Below, piece by piece: positions 1-11,999 of a DNA stretch of 64,000 bases; position 1 is the first letter of the stretch; every line of letters starts with the position of its first letter. This stretch comes from Pseudovirgaria hyperparasitica (lineage: Eukaryota), in the NCBI GenBank assembly GCA_010093815.1, contig ML996568.1; one strand, given 5' to 3'. The notes beneath the pieces are model-generated. The model ran no database searches. It saw only the letters and a program-made list of their open reading frames with translations, and was not told the origin of the DNA. The position numbers and the translations under genes were made by a program.

Positions 1-768
1 ACTTAGAGATTATCTATATCGCGCGACGTAACGCTAGTATCGTTAGTTAGACTTCTATAATACCTTATTATAGCGCTATAACGTCGTTTAAGCTACTATA
101 TTACGGTAGTAGTAACCATAGCTAGATTAGTAGCATGATTTACTAGATGAATTAGTACGTATTCTATAATAAGGCCTAGATAGATAAGCTACGCACTAGT
201 GTCGGCACCTTATAGATATATAAGCTTTATAAGCCTAAATACCTATTCTAACACGTGACGTAGGGTACTATATAGTAAGTCGTGTCCGGGTTAGCCTATC
301 TAGCGGAGCTACTATCTTACTACCTTATTACTTAGGTAGTTATAGAGAATAAGGAGCCCTTATTAGGTAGTAGCCGCTCGCGCTAACTCTAGCCTATAGG
401 CCATAGGGAGTCGCCAACTCGGAGCTCTCGCTATCGCCCTATTAGGCCCCCCTAGCTCCCTATTGCCGCCCCTCCTTATAAGTTCTTACTATCTTATTAT
501 TAGCCCCGGACCCCTCCTTACTACCGTGACCGCTCCTAGTTCTATAAGTATTATAGCCGGTCCTCTACCCGCTATAATTAGTCTCCCCGCCGTTATAACC
601 GGTTATATAACTATTATAACCGGTCGTACGACTATCGCTATCGCTCGGGTAGCCGTTGGCACCGTTCCCGCGAGAATCATTAAGTATTACACCGCTATTA
701 GTTGCCGGCCCGTCTCTACTATAACCCTCCCGCGGATAAGTATAACTTACCCTTACTATCTACCTAGA
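1..768 (+). pseudogene. 3' part of the antisense accessory gene of family A copy 1 (Arg/Ser/Pro-rich tail)
   Basis: Diverged homolog of ~52050-52826, with 'cgccgttataaccggt'-type R/S/P repeats. Confidence 0.55.
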
Positions 769-989
769 TTAATAGCTACTACTATTATTAGAAGACGGTC
801 TAGGGGAGGACTAGGTAACTAACCTTATATTAGGATTTACGGATAAGAATAGTACTAGCCCTAGTACTATATAAACCTAGGGTAGAGCTAGGTAAATAAC
901 CTTTTTATATCTTAAGGCGGGTGTTAGTTTATTATTAGGTTATACTAGGTACTAGCGTTTAGTATTTATTTCTTTCTTTCCTAAAATCT

Positions 990-3900
990 CTACTCTTATA
1001 TTAGGTTATTGGGGCTACTATAGACCTATAATAGTAGAGTAATATTACTACTTAGGGATGCGTTAGAGTCGTAGGCCGTTATATAATTAAGCGTCGCCAT
1101 ATCTAGACTCGAACTAGTCTAGCGCCTTAGTATCTTCTACGTCCTTAAGTAGAATCTATATTAGTTATAACTAACCTTTCTACTTTACGAGTACCTATTA
1201 CTTATTCCACCCCTATATATTTTTTATATATAGGATATCCTTAACCTTATACTCCGCGATATCCTCGTCTACTTTATTAAGCTTAAGCGCCGGGCCTAGG
1301 CGGGTATTAAGCTACTCTTAGCTAGATAGAGGGTCCTCTACGGCGCGCTCGATAAGGCTTATATAGACTATTTTATAAAGGTCTCCGGAGAGGTTAAGGG
1401 TTACTATTAAGAGGGTAGATTAGGCTATAACCCGGTATTTTACCTATAGCTAGTTAAGCTTCTAGCTTAGATAGTTAGTCTTTATATTCCGGAGGGAGAA
1501 CTATACTATATTACTAACCTTAAAACGCTCGGCCGGGTGTCGTAACCGGTTTACCAAGTCTTAGAAGCGCTACTCGACCTAGGTAATAGCCGCTTAAGCT
1601 AAGGTAGTGCCGTCCTAAAGATATTTAAGGAAATTCATAGTCTAACCTTTTACTAAGGTCGTAGAGGCGTTAGAGAGTAGCTACTATAGTAATAGTTCGA
1701 CGTAGTATCCGTTTAGAAGTAAGTTTAGTACTATACTAGTTACTAATAAGATATAGTTATTAAGGGCGAGCTAATATACTAGGAGATATTCCGGCTAGTT
1801 AGTTTACTTAAAAGTTACTATAATACGTAGTACGGCCTATACCTTCTAGTTTATATACTTAGTACCGCTATCCGTCTACGGGTAGTAGGCTATAGAGAGA
1901 TTCTAGTATATATCTATTATAGAGTAGAGGGTTATCTAGAACTATCTAAGCTAGTCTAAGCCCCGGTCCGTAATTATTAACTAGGGGAATCTCTAGAAAC
2001 GCTACCACGTGTCGCGGAACCGCGTAGCGTAGTCCTTAGCTACTATAGAGGTTATCGCCTCTAGCTAAATAAACTTTAAGAGCCGGTCTATAATAATAAG
2101 AAGATATTAGGGCCGGGACGGGTCCGATTAGAGAAGGTCGGTTATAAAATCTATAGAAATTTAGGACTAGAACTAGTCTAGCGTCGGAAGAGGCTAGAGA
2201 AGGCTAGGGGCCTTATATTAGTTTACGTGGGCCCTATAGTAGTTATAGTTTTATATAAACTACTAGATATTAGTCTATATCTACTTCTAGTAGTACTCCC
2301 GCTAAATAGCTATATAAGTCTTATTCTTACTAGAATAGCCCGCGAGGGGGGAGATATAGAACTTCTAGATAATAGTTATAGTAAGGGGTTTCTACTCGGG
2401 TATCTAAATAACTCCCCGCTATATTAGTATTCCGTATACCGATATAGCGTAGTCTATAATCTATTTAGTAGTAAGCGCCTCTAGTAGAAAGAGACATGCC
2501 TCGTCTACTACGGCTCTATAGCGGGCCTAGTATACTAGGACTAACTAAATAGTCTAGTTCTAGAGCTTCTAGAGGTAGAGATTAGTAAAGATACTTTATC
2601 CCTAGAGGAGATAGAACTCCCCGGAGCGGGTACTTACTAGTACTATTCTAATAGTCTATAGGGTTATAAGCCGTCCCCTTAGAAGGGACTTTTTAGATAA
2701 GTTCTAGTTATAGTAGCTTAGGGTATCCGGGCGGGCCGCCTAGAATCCCGGCCGGTATATAAGATTATAGTTAAATAGTATAAGCTAGTCGGACTATTAT
2801 TACTACCGTAGGATAAGAAGATAAGACTTAGTAAAGTACTCGAGGTTTTTATAGTCTATATAGACCGTAAAGGGGTAGTAGACGCTTCGGAGCTTAGGTT
2901 CCTACGTCTAGAGATACTAAACTACTATAAGAAGCTCCTTATTATAGATTATATAGTTCTACTAAGCAGCCGTAAGGGCCGCGGAATAGGAGGCTACCGG
3001 GTACTAAATACCCCGAACCTTTTAGGATAGGTATCTATCTATCGCGTATCTAGAGTAATCTACCTTAACTATTATATCGCGTATCTCGTCCTAGGACTAG
3101 AGAATTAGCCTAGTAATAAAAGTATTCTTTAGTATATTAAACGCGCGGTCCTTAGCCGGGCCCTAGTAGAAGGCTATCCTAGTCTTAGTAAGGGCGTAGA
3201 GTAGAGCCGCTATAGTAGAGAAGTTAGGGAGGAAGTTATAGTAGAAGTTTACGAACCTAATAAACCGCTAGACACCCTAGACTATAGTTAGGGGCTTCTA
3301 GTCCCGGATAGCGGTAATCTTCTCTAGGTTAGGGCGGATTAACTCCCTAGTAGTAATAACATAACCTAGGTACCGGATCTCCTTAGTAGTAAAACGGTAT
3401 TTAGTAAGGTTATAGTAAAGGTCCGCCTTTATAAGGAGAGATAGAATAGTTTTTATAGCGGCCTAGTAGTCTTCTAACGTGCCCGGGGTATATATAAGGA
3501 TATTATTAAGATACGCTATATAGGTAACCCTAAGAACCCCGCTTAGTACCCTATTAATATAGTACTAGAAGGAGGTAGGGGCGCCGGAGAGACTAAAAGG
3601 GAGAACTATCTATTTAAAGAGGCCGAACCGGGTATAGAAGGCCGTCTTATATTCGTCCCCGGTGGCGACCTATAGTTTATAAAATACTACCCGGATATCT
3701 ACCTTACTAAACTACGACGTATTACTAATAGTATATAGAGTCTTATATATAAGTAGTAGCGGGTATTAGTCCTATTTAGTAATACTATTAAGGGCCCTAT
3801 AGTTAATATATAGCTACTACTTCCCTCCCGGCTTAGGGATAAGAAGTACTAGCGCCCCGGCCGCTAAGGAGCTAGCCTATATCTATTCCTTATCTATAAG

Positions 3901-6032
3901 ATCTATAAGCTAGCGGCGGAGCTCTATAAGTTATTCCCGAGATATAGCGTAGAGGGGTCCCTAGGGGAGGTTTATAGGGGTTCCCGCTAGTATAGACTTA
4001 ATACGGATATAGTAGTTAGTATTCCCTCTATAGAGAGGTAGCGCTAACGTCTTTTCCTTATTAAAGAGATCGCGGTAGACGTGTAGTATTAATAGGAGCG
4101 GGCGCCTATCCTCTATAAGCTTAGTCGCGTCCTAGTTAGGTACCGGAGGTAACTAAGGGAGTATAAGTTATAGAAGGCGGGTAACATTATAGATACTAGT
4201 AGCGACTACTTACCTACGGCGGTAAGCCGTCTCTAGACCCCTAAGAATACGGCCCTTCTTAGTAAGGACCCGGATACTTATTAGGCGCCTATAGATATTA
4301 ATATCCCGGGCTATAAGGCCGTAGGCGTAGTAAAGTATGATTTCGCCTACGCGTATATCGATAACGGCGCCGGCCTAGTAGAGCCATAGGCTCCTAAGGA
4401 TAAGGTCCCGGTCTAGCCCGGGTACTATATAGGCGGTAAGGCGTTATCGCCACCCTACGATATTATACTAGATAGTAACGACTTCCGTAATCTCCGGTTC
4501 TAACGCTCCGTTAGCGGCGAGAGCTACTTAATAATATAGAACTAAGATATATAACTTAGCTACGTCCGCCGTAAGAGCCGGGCTAACTACTATAAAATAC
4601 TTATACTCTATATCTACTAAGGTATCTATATACTTTCTATTCTAGAGAAATAGCGATATAATAGGTAGGGATCTATCTATAATCTAAGTAGGCGCGCTAT
4701 CCTCTAGGTCGGAGCCGTTATCTAGATTATCTATAGCTTCGTTCCTTACTAAATATAGTAACGTCCCCTAATCCGGGCTTTAGTAGAGAGCTATACTTCC
4801 CCCGCCTTAGAGTTAGAATTAGTATTATTCTAAGCTAGGGCCGTAACCTTAAGCACTCGTATATTAATAGCGTTTAGATAGCCCCGGTGTTAGTAGCTAG
4901 CCTAGCCGTACCGGGTATATACGCCTACCGTGCGGTACTTCTAGAATAAGTCCTTTAGAATCTATAAAGGAGTCTCTTTCTTCTTAACTCTATCTCTACC
5001 CTTTACTATTAGTAATATAACTCGCTCCTTACCCTTTATCTTAATAGCCTTAATAGTAACCGCTAATATCATCGTATTACTATTCTTATCCTTACTAGGC
5101 CTATTTTAAGGTGCGGCGCTTTACCTAGTACGGAGCTAGAATAACTCTATATCTATACTAATATCTCTAAGGCGGCCTATAGCGGCCTCGTACTAGTCTA
5201 GAAGGCCCTGGTTTAGAGCTACCGCCTAGGTCTCCTAGTTAAGGCTATCCCGGAGCCGTATAAGCTTCTAGTTATTAGTCTAGTATATTCCTCTAGCCTT
5301 CTAGAGGGCGGTATAGAACTATACGAAGTACTCCGTAAACGGCTCCTTTACCTTTTATATAATTATATTTAACTACTAGAGGGCCCGCTCTTTAGTATAT
5401 ATATCTCCGAACTAGAATTCAAGGTAGTCTAAGAACGTATGTAGGTCCTAGTCGCCGTTTAGCCCCCTAGTAGAATATACGGCGCTAACCCCCCTCTATA
5501 CCTTAGGCGCTAGATTAGCCTAAATAAGAGCTATTTAGTCCCTATAGATGCCGATAAAGTCGACGTCCCGGGTAATCTTATACTATATTATAATAGACTA
5601 TATATAGAAGAGAGTCTTAGACCTATTATATAGGTCGCTAAGGGGGAGGGGCTTCCTCTTAGAAGCCTAGTTAAGTATAATATACGGCGTAGAAAGTAGT
5701 AAGGCGGGAGCGCGCGTAGGAAAGGCTAGTTTAGGCCCGTATAGATATTAGAGCACTACTAGAGAGGAGTCGGGCTAGGGTAGAGACGAGTTACTATAAG
5801 TTAAGATAGCGGGAGTACGGCTATATAACTCGACCATAAGGAGGCGGGCGTTAATACGTTATAGAGCCGTATAGACGCTATATTTAATATTAGATATCCG
5901 AGACTCGCTTACCACTTAGACGGCCGTAATAGACTTATAGATAGACTATATCTTATCCCGAAAGCTAAGGAAGGAGTTAGAGAGTTACTATATTAGATTA
6001 GAGTCTTACGGGTTAAGACTATCTTATACTAT
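990..6032 (-). pseudogene. gag-pol of family A copy 1 (gag, PR, RT, RNase H, IN, chromodomain); approximate ends
   Basis: Homologous to 53070-58086; interrupting stops seen are TAA/TAG, as expected from RIP of CAA/CAG/TGG. Confidence 0.85.
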
Positions 6033-6071
6033 AAGGCTACGTATAGAAAGAGATAATTAAAGTTAAATTAA

Positions 6072-6273
6072 TATAATAGATATAACTAAGGTATTACTAT
6101 AATAGTAATTAAGATATATTATAATTTAACTTAGAGAGAGTAGGGATAAGCCGTATAGTTATAGCTTTAAGTATAGTCTTAAGCGAGGTTATATAATACC
6201 TCTATACTAGTCTCTATCCGTCCCGGCTCCGTTATATAATACTAGAGACAAGGTAAAGCCGAAGTCTATAATA
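6072..6273 (-). repeat. LTR of family A (202 bp; termini RIPed from TG..CA to TA..TA)
   Basis: Same length and sequence as 50444-50645 and 58126-58327. Confidence 0.95.
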
Positions 6274-8965
6274 GTATACTCGCTTCTACTATAGTAGCGA
6301 AAGTATCTATGTCTAGAACCTCCTCCGCTATAGTAACGGAAAGAGTATTTTCCTTAGTAGGACGGGCTATAAGCTTAGTACGGCTAGAATAGTAGTGTTA
6401 AGAGTAACCGTTTTATTTATAACTATAGTAGTAGAGTAATTATAGTATTTTAGGTTTAGAATAATCTTTAGACTTATAACCGACGTCTTAATAGTTATTA
6501 TAGATAAGAGGCGTTCCTTTAGGGTAGTCGACTACTTTATATCCGATAGTATTATATATATAATAGGTTATAGATTTCCTTTACTTACGTCCTAGCCTTT
6601 CTTCGCGTACTTTACTAATACCGAAAGTAGGGCGACCACGCGCTAGGTTTAGTATATATCGAAGGGGAGGTAGATTTCCAAGCGTTATAGTATTACATAT
6701 ATAGACCGCTCTTTACTTATAGTATTTCTTCTAAAGTTCGCGGAGAACGTCTTAAAGATACTCTTATTATTTAAGTAAGAGGACGTTAGTAATAACTACT
6801 ATAACTTGTCTTACGCGCGTAATAGAGACGATATTTCGATTTAGCTCTATAAGGAACCTAACTCGGCTAGTTTAAACTAGGTCGATAAGGACGATATTAC
6901 TATTATAACCTTAGAATCTATCCTAAGATCGCCATTAGATAAGTTACTATATCTTTTTAGGGAGTGCGTTAAAACGAGCTTAGTCCGCGTTAGCTAGGAC
7001 TTCTAGAAGTAAGGTATAGACCATGGTTTTAAATAACTCTCGTTAAGCGGCGTATACGTAGATATATAGAATATAACTAAGATCGATATCTTATAGAAAG
7101 AGCTCTATAATTACCTATTAGGTGAAACGTAATAAATCTAAGTTATATTTTAAGCTGTTTATCGTAAATGCCCGATCTCCGTTAACTACCGCGACTACTA
7201 TATATTAGTATCCCGGGAGATAGAATACCTTCTATATAGCGTCGGCGAGAGAGTAGTTAACGTTTACCGCCATGCGAGAAGAAGCGGTTAATTTACCTAA
7301 ATAGGCGATATTAGAGATAACGTTAATAATACTTAGAACGGATCGTTCTAATTCTATAAGACGAGTTAAAGGGAAACCGTATTATAGAAGCCGCTTCATA
7401 AGCGAAATACTCTAATTTACTACCTATACGTTAAGATTATTTACATGGTAAGTATTAAGTTAGCGTAGGTCGCTAATATAGATAAAAGTTAGTTACTAAT
7501 CTATTATCGTATAATTAATAATAACTCTAAGTATATTACTTTCTAGTATATAAGTTACCTCTTCTATAACTACTAAGATCGGATAGATATTACGAGCGAT
7601 TTTAGTAATGTTCATTATATAAGGCGTTTCTATATATACTTAAGCTTAAGTAGTAATAAGGTCCTAAACCGTATTATATAGTTCCGTTATACGTTTATAG
7701 TCTTCTAAGGTAAAATCTTCTTTTCTACTATAACGGTAGTAAAGAGATCGGAGAGACTTAGTAGTATCTTTCTTAAAGTCTAAAGGAAGCTATTCGTATT
7801 AGTAACGGGATATAACTAGACTAACGACTTTAAGTACTATATATCCGGTGTAAAGCTTCTATAGGCGTGCTTATAGGTCGGATATAAACTCGGATAGTTG
7901 CTCGTTATGTTCTTTCTATACTTAAGATAGTATAGCGCTACTAATAGTCTTATCCTATTTAGTACCAATTAATGGTTCGCCCTATCTTTGTTTCTCGGCC
8001 CTTACGAGGAAGATTCCTTAGTTAACGTTATCCGGGTAACGGCGGATTACCATAGGTAACTTAGAAGATTTAACTCGTTTAATCTAGACTTTAATAAACG
8101 TATATACTTTGGCGGTAGCATCGTCGTAGGTTAGATTAGTTAGATAGACTATAAGATACGAATAATATCGACGTGTCTACGTTACTAACCTTAGTAGAAG
8201 GTACGTAGTTTATTTAGCGATTGGAATAATAGCTTTAGCCGTATAAGTTATCACGAAATCGCCTCCGTTCTTATCGATTAAGATTATAGATAATATAATA
8301 TAAAGCTACTAATAGCTTTTACCTGCTCCTCCAAGGCCTTATAGAATAAAATAACCGTCTAGTACTTTTCGTATGTTTTCGTAGGCTTTCTACTACTAAT
8401 TGGAAAGCTACTCTTTAATAAACCTTTAAATATTACGAAAAGGTCGTTAGTCTTTAACGTATCGTATATAATTAAGGCTTTTAAGCGATAGGAAGTTATT
8501 ACCTAGAATAACATCCTAAACGGTCGACGGTAATAGCGATAGCACTATGGTAGGGATCGTACTAGCCGAAGGTAGCTAAAATTCATTCTCCTTATCGCTT
8601 ACGGCATTTAATAAGGTCTTATCTTTATTATTTTCGCTATTATTTCCTTGAATTAAGTTTATAGTTAAATTAGTTATATTACTTGGTTTATTATTTATAA
8701 CGACCTCCTCTTCGAGCACTTTATTCTCTCGTACTTATTAGTATACTATTCTAATAATAGATGCTTATAAAGCGGGCTGCGTTAACTTTTAATAGGTGTT
8801 TATCTATTATTTCACGAGCTTATCGTATATCTATATCGAGACGAGTGCAGGAACTTTATTAAAGTTACCTAGCGCGATAATAGATAAATCGATAGAGTCT
8901 AAGCTTGTGTCGCTCATGCGGATAAAATACCCTAGGTACTTTTTATAAGAAGTAGTGATAGCACG
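6274..8965 (-). pseudogene. UPF1/DNA2-NAM7-like SF1B helicase with three C-terminal CCHC zinc knuckles (main fragment), RIP-inactivated
   Basis: One frame, de-RIPed: Q motif LS(D/N)QQQKAY; Walker A GLGGAGKS (literal, 8338-8315); motif Ia YLMVYPTN; Walker B LVVMEEA (~7564); motif III IGDLRQL; SLMKRLL...AYSGKL; VYAAQ; motif V DGFQG.DSDIVLIDLV; motif VI GFL...NR..V.ITRAR; three Y-x2-Y-x4-Y-x4-Y (=CCHC after RIP) at ~6388-6568. Confidence 0.85.
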
Positions 8966-9193
8966 TATAAGAATAGGGTTATTAGATAGTAGTATAGTTA
9001 GATAGAATAATAGGGTGTATTCTATTATAGAACGAATTACTACCGAACCCTTTTAGTAGGAATCCGAGAGTATATATATAAAGGGACGCCGATCTATCTA
9101 GCACGTAACTATTTACCGCCCTTCCCGCCACCTCCTAACCCTATTAGCTAAGGTACGTACGGATCGGGTTATACCTAAGGCTAAGTCCTAATA
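8966..9193 (-). mobile_element. Solo LTR of family C (228 bp)
   Basis: Matches 27174-27401 and 34330-34557; flanked by TSD GCACG (8961-8965) / GTACG (9194-9198, one C>T change). Confidence 0.95.
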
Positions 9194-9327
9194 GTACGTA
9201 GTAGAGGTACCGGAAGCTCTAGTTCCTTTAGGGGACGCTTAACGAGGTCGATAAGTTTTAAAGCGAAGCATTTAAAAGGAAGTACTCCAGGTCGGAGTCG
9301 GAGGATTTTAGCTCGGTAGACATTATC
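9194..9327 (-). pseudogene. Second fragment of the SF1B helicase ORF
   Basis: Open frame DNVYRAKILRLRPGVLPF...; joins the neighbouring fragments in frame once TSDs are removed. Confidence 0.8.
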
Positions 9328-9467
9328 TATTAGGTACGTGCCTACCAGTTAATTATACATGTATATAGTAGTCATATATAAGTAGTATACTCCACCCTTG
9401 AAGTAGTAGCTTTAAGATTCGGTCCTTTTAGTATAGTTGGTTGGTGCGTAGAGCCCGCCTCCTTATA
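9328..9467 (+). mobile_element. Single LTR of TRIM-like family D (140 bp), fused to element E
   Basis: Reverse complement of 16473-16612 and 16911-17050; preceded by TTATC, which recurs after element E (18066-18070). Confidence 0.93.
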
Positions 9468-10198
9468 TAAATGTAAGGATTATAGACATAGAATAGTAGT
9501 CTAACAGGTCATAGGAGGATTCGGGAATATATTTAAAAGGGTAGTCTACTCTCTTAACGAGGTTAATTCCTAAAGAGTAGAAATTAAGTATATACGGCCT
9601 ACTTATATAGTAGTCTTACTTATTCTAGCTGGCTTACCCTAGGTCCACCTATTACGGACCGTACTAGACCATAGTATTCTAGTTAAGTCTATCCTAGTAT
9701 TAGCCCTAATAATATCCTTCTTCTTTTTATGCTTCGCCCTAAAGTACTTAGCTATATATAAATCCGTAATTCTATAAGCGTTATATTTATACGCGCATCT
9801 AATTAAATCTATATAATGTTATTAATAGTCTTTATATTAGTAAACTTAAGCTCTAGTTTACTTTTATTTATATATACGCTTATCTCTTACTTTATAGCTA
9901 CTACCTTAGAGGTAGCTCCGCGGGTTATATAACCGCTATATTAACTAAGCTTATATTTAGTTCTCTTATTCTAAATTTTCTTCTCTAGTATATCTATCTT
10001 ACTCTTAAGATAAGTCGTTAATTCGTATACTATCTCCTTTAGTTTAGATCCGTTTAGATCTAGAGTAGTCTATTTTTATTAGAGCTGGTTCTATATAATC
10101 TATTCGCGTTATTATAGTTACTAATTTAGCTTCTTTAATCGCCTTTAAGGCTAAACGAGTATTCTACTCTTAGATCTCTAGCTAACGTATATGTATAG

Positions 10199-11503
10199 AT
10201 ATCTAATACTAGTCCTATTTCTAAGCCTACCTCCTCCTCTTATAAGACTCGCTCTAAAGAGATTATCTCTACCCCGGCTATACCGGCTAAAAAATCCACT
10301 TATTATAGTAGTATAAAGGCGCGCTCTAAGTTAGAGAAGAAGGTAGCTAAGGCTACTACTACTATTACTACTAATATAGCTACTAGTCGCTCTAATCTAG
10401 ATAATCCTAGTACTAGTATTACGGAAGAGATAGCTATAAAGCCTATCTATATCTACTCGCGCTATCTATCTACTCTATCTTCTTTAGAGGATAAAGAAGA
10501 TCTCGTTATAGATAATAATCGAGAGTTTATATCTTCGCCGCCTCGCTCTAAATACCATTTCTCTTTTTAGTCTAATATAGACTAACTTAGTCGCTCTAGG
10601 TTCTTTTAGAACCTTAATATTTACTCTAAACCTAGCTCTAGTAATAATAAGGTCTAGGTCGCCGAAGATACTAAACGTAGTTACGGTTTACGCTATAGGA
10701 AAACAGCGAACTATAGTTTAATATACTTTAAGTATATTAAGGCTTATACTACCGGCTCTAAATATCTCTTCCGCTCTAACTCTAGTATTAGCTATTACTC
10801 TACTAACCGCGACGGGCCTATATACCTAATCTTTAAGCTCCCTACCCGCTACCGCCGCTATACCATCCTTAGTAAAGTTTATCTTTAGATAAGTCTATTA
10901 GGCTATTTTAGTCTAGGGTAATCTAAAGTCGTCTATACTAATACGTTTTTAGGTTCCTATTTATATATAAGATATATATAACGATCTTCGCGTCCGCGAG
11001 ACTCTTGGTAGTTCTAGTAGTTATCTAGCTTCTATACGTAGAGAGTTTAGAGAGCGCTATAAGCTCTTTCTAGAGGTTATTAAAGTATAAGTTTAGAAAC
11101 TATTAATTATTATTAACCTTAGCTTATAATTTTTAGTCGCCGCGAGATTCCTAGCGCTTAGGCTACCTATTCTAGAGAGTTAGTTTTAGCTACTAAGGCC
11201 GTAGAAGAGATTCGTGCTATTCCTTCCCGCCCGCCTTATACTACTAATAGGTCTCGTAAGAGATCTACTAGTTCTCCTTCTAAGTCACCTTATAAGAGGG
11301 TATATATTCTATTCTAGATTATTCTAGACCGCGTTAGCTAACTTTAGGTCTAGTCGCTCCGCTCTAGCACTTAGTCGTCGTCTTACTAGGCTCTAACTAA
11401 GCGCGTAGTTACTCTAGAGGATAAGGTCTCTAACCTCCGTCGCTCTATTACTTAGTTAGTTTATTTACTATACTCTAAGAGTAATAATAAGATAGAGGAG
11501 TAG
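10199..11503 (+). pseudogene. Antisense, intron-containing accessory gene of element E (Ser/Pro-rich N-terminus, Cys6 motif, coiled coil)
   Basis: Frame-consistent model with introns 10889-10952, 11087-11136 and 11300-11347 (first two donors read AT, inferred from GT). Tyr codons spaced C-x2-C-x29-C-x8-C-x2-C-x6-C at 10724-10882. Homolog in F at 43599-44910. Confidence 0.65.
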
Positions 11504-11754
11504 CTCTATGGCTCTATTTACTAGGGTTTCTATATAGTATATATTAGCTCTATCTACCTGGTTTCTATCCGTTTTAGTCCTTTTTAGACCGTTTAGATAT
11601 CTATCTACTAGTTTTCTAGTAATTTAATTCTTAACTTAATAATATTATATACGTTCTTATTTATTCTATAACTATTAAATTTTAGGTTCTAATTTCCTTT
11701 AAGTTACTTAAGTATAGGCATCGTATATAAATTGGTTTATCTCTCTAAATTATA

Positions 11755-11804
11755 TTAGAGTACCCGAACTAGTAGCCTAGTAGTTATTAGTTCGGGTACT
11801 CTAA
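11755..11804. other. Perfect 17-bp-stem inverted repeat between the convergent pol and antisense gene
   Basis: TTAGAGTACCCGAACTA (11755-11771) / TAGTTCGGGTACTCTAA (11788-11804); also present in F at ~43199-43248. Confidence 0.85.
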
Positions 11805-11999
11805 CCTTTTATATTATATATCATAAGTTTAATTCCGTAGTAGAGTACCTTTTTAGTTTCTTAGTCCTATGTTCTTCTTATATATAATAGTCTATGTTAG
11901 TCTATTCTAGACTTCTCTATATTATTCTATTATAATATATTACGTCGCGTGCCTATAACGGTTATTTACGTTTTCTTCGCGTTTAGTAACCGTATATCG

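Larger units (their letters stand above)
1..6273 (-). mobile_element. Chromoviral Ty3/Gypsy LTR retrotransposon, family A copy 1 (left end outside window), heavily RIP-mutated
   Basis: Colinear with the complete copy at 50444-58327; 5' LTR at 6072-6273. De-RIPed - strand reads integrase (...ISMDFMTDL...VDRLSK...TDRG...STAYHPQTDG.TE), RT and chromodomain. Confidence 0.93.

Noticed and set aside
463..822. 119-aa ORF from the ORF track
   Set aside because: Alternative frame over the RIPed R/S/P-rich antisense tail of element A; non-ATG start and no motif.
6274..7273. Initially read as a retrotransposon gag because of the CCHC knuckles and an ATG near 7273
   Set aside because: The same frame contains SF1B helicase motifs II-VI upstream, so it is the helicase C-terminus.
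8315..8338. GLGGAGKS as an NB-ARC/NACHT NLR or PIF1/Helitron P-loop
   Set aside because: Downstream motifs (GD..QL, DGFQG, TRAR, SL..RL) are UPF1/DNA2-type; no Rep or NLR repeat domains seen.
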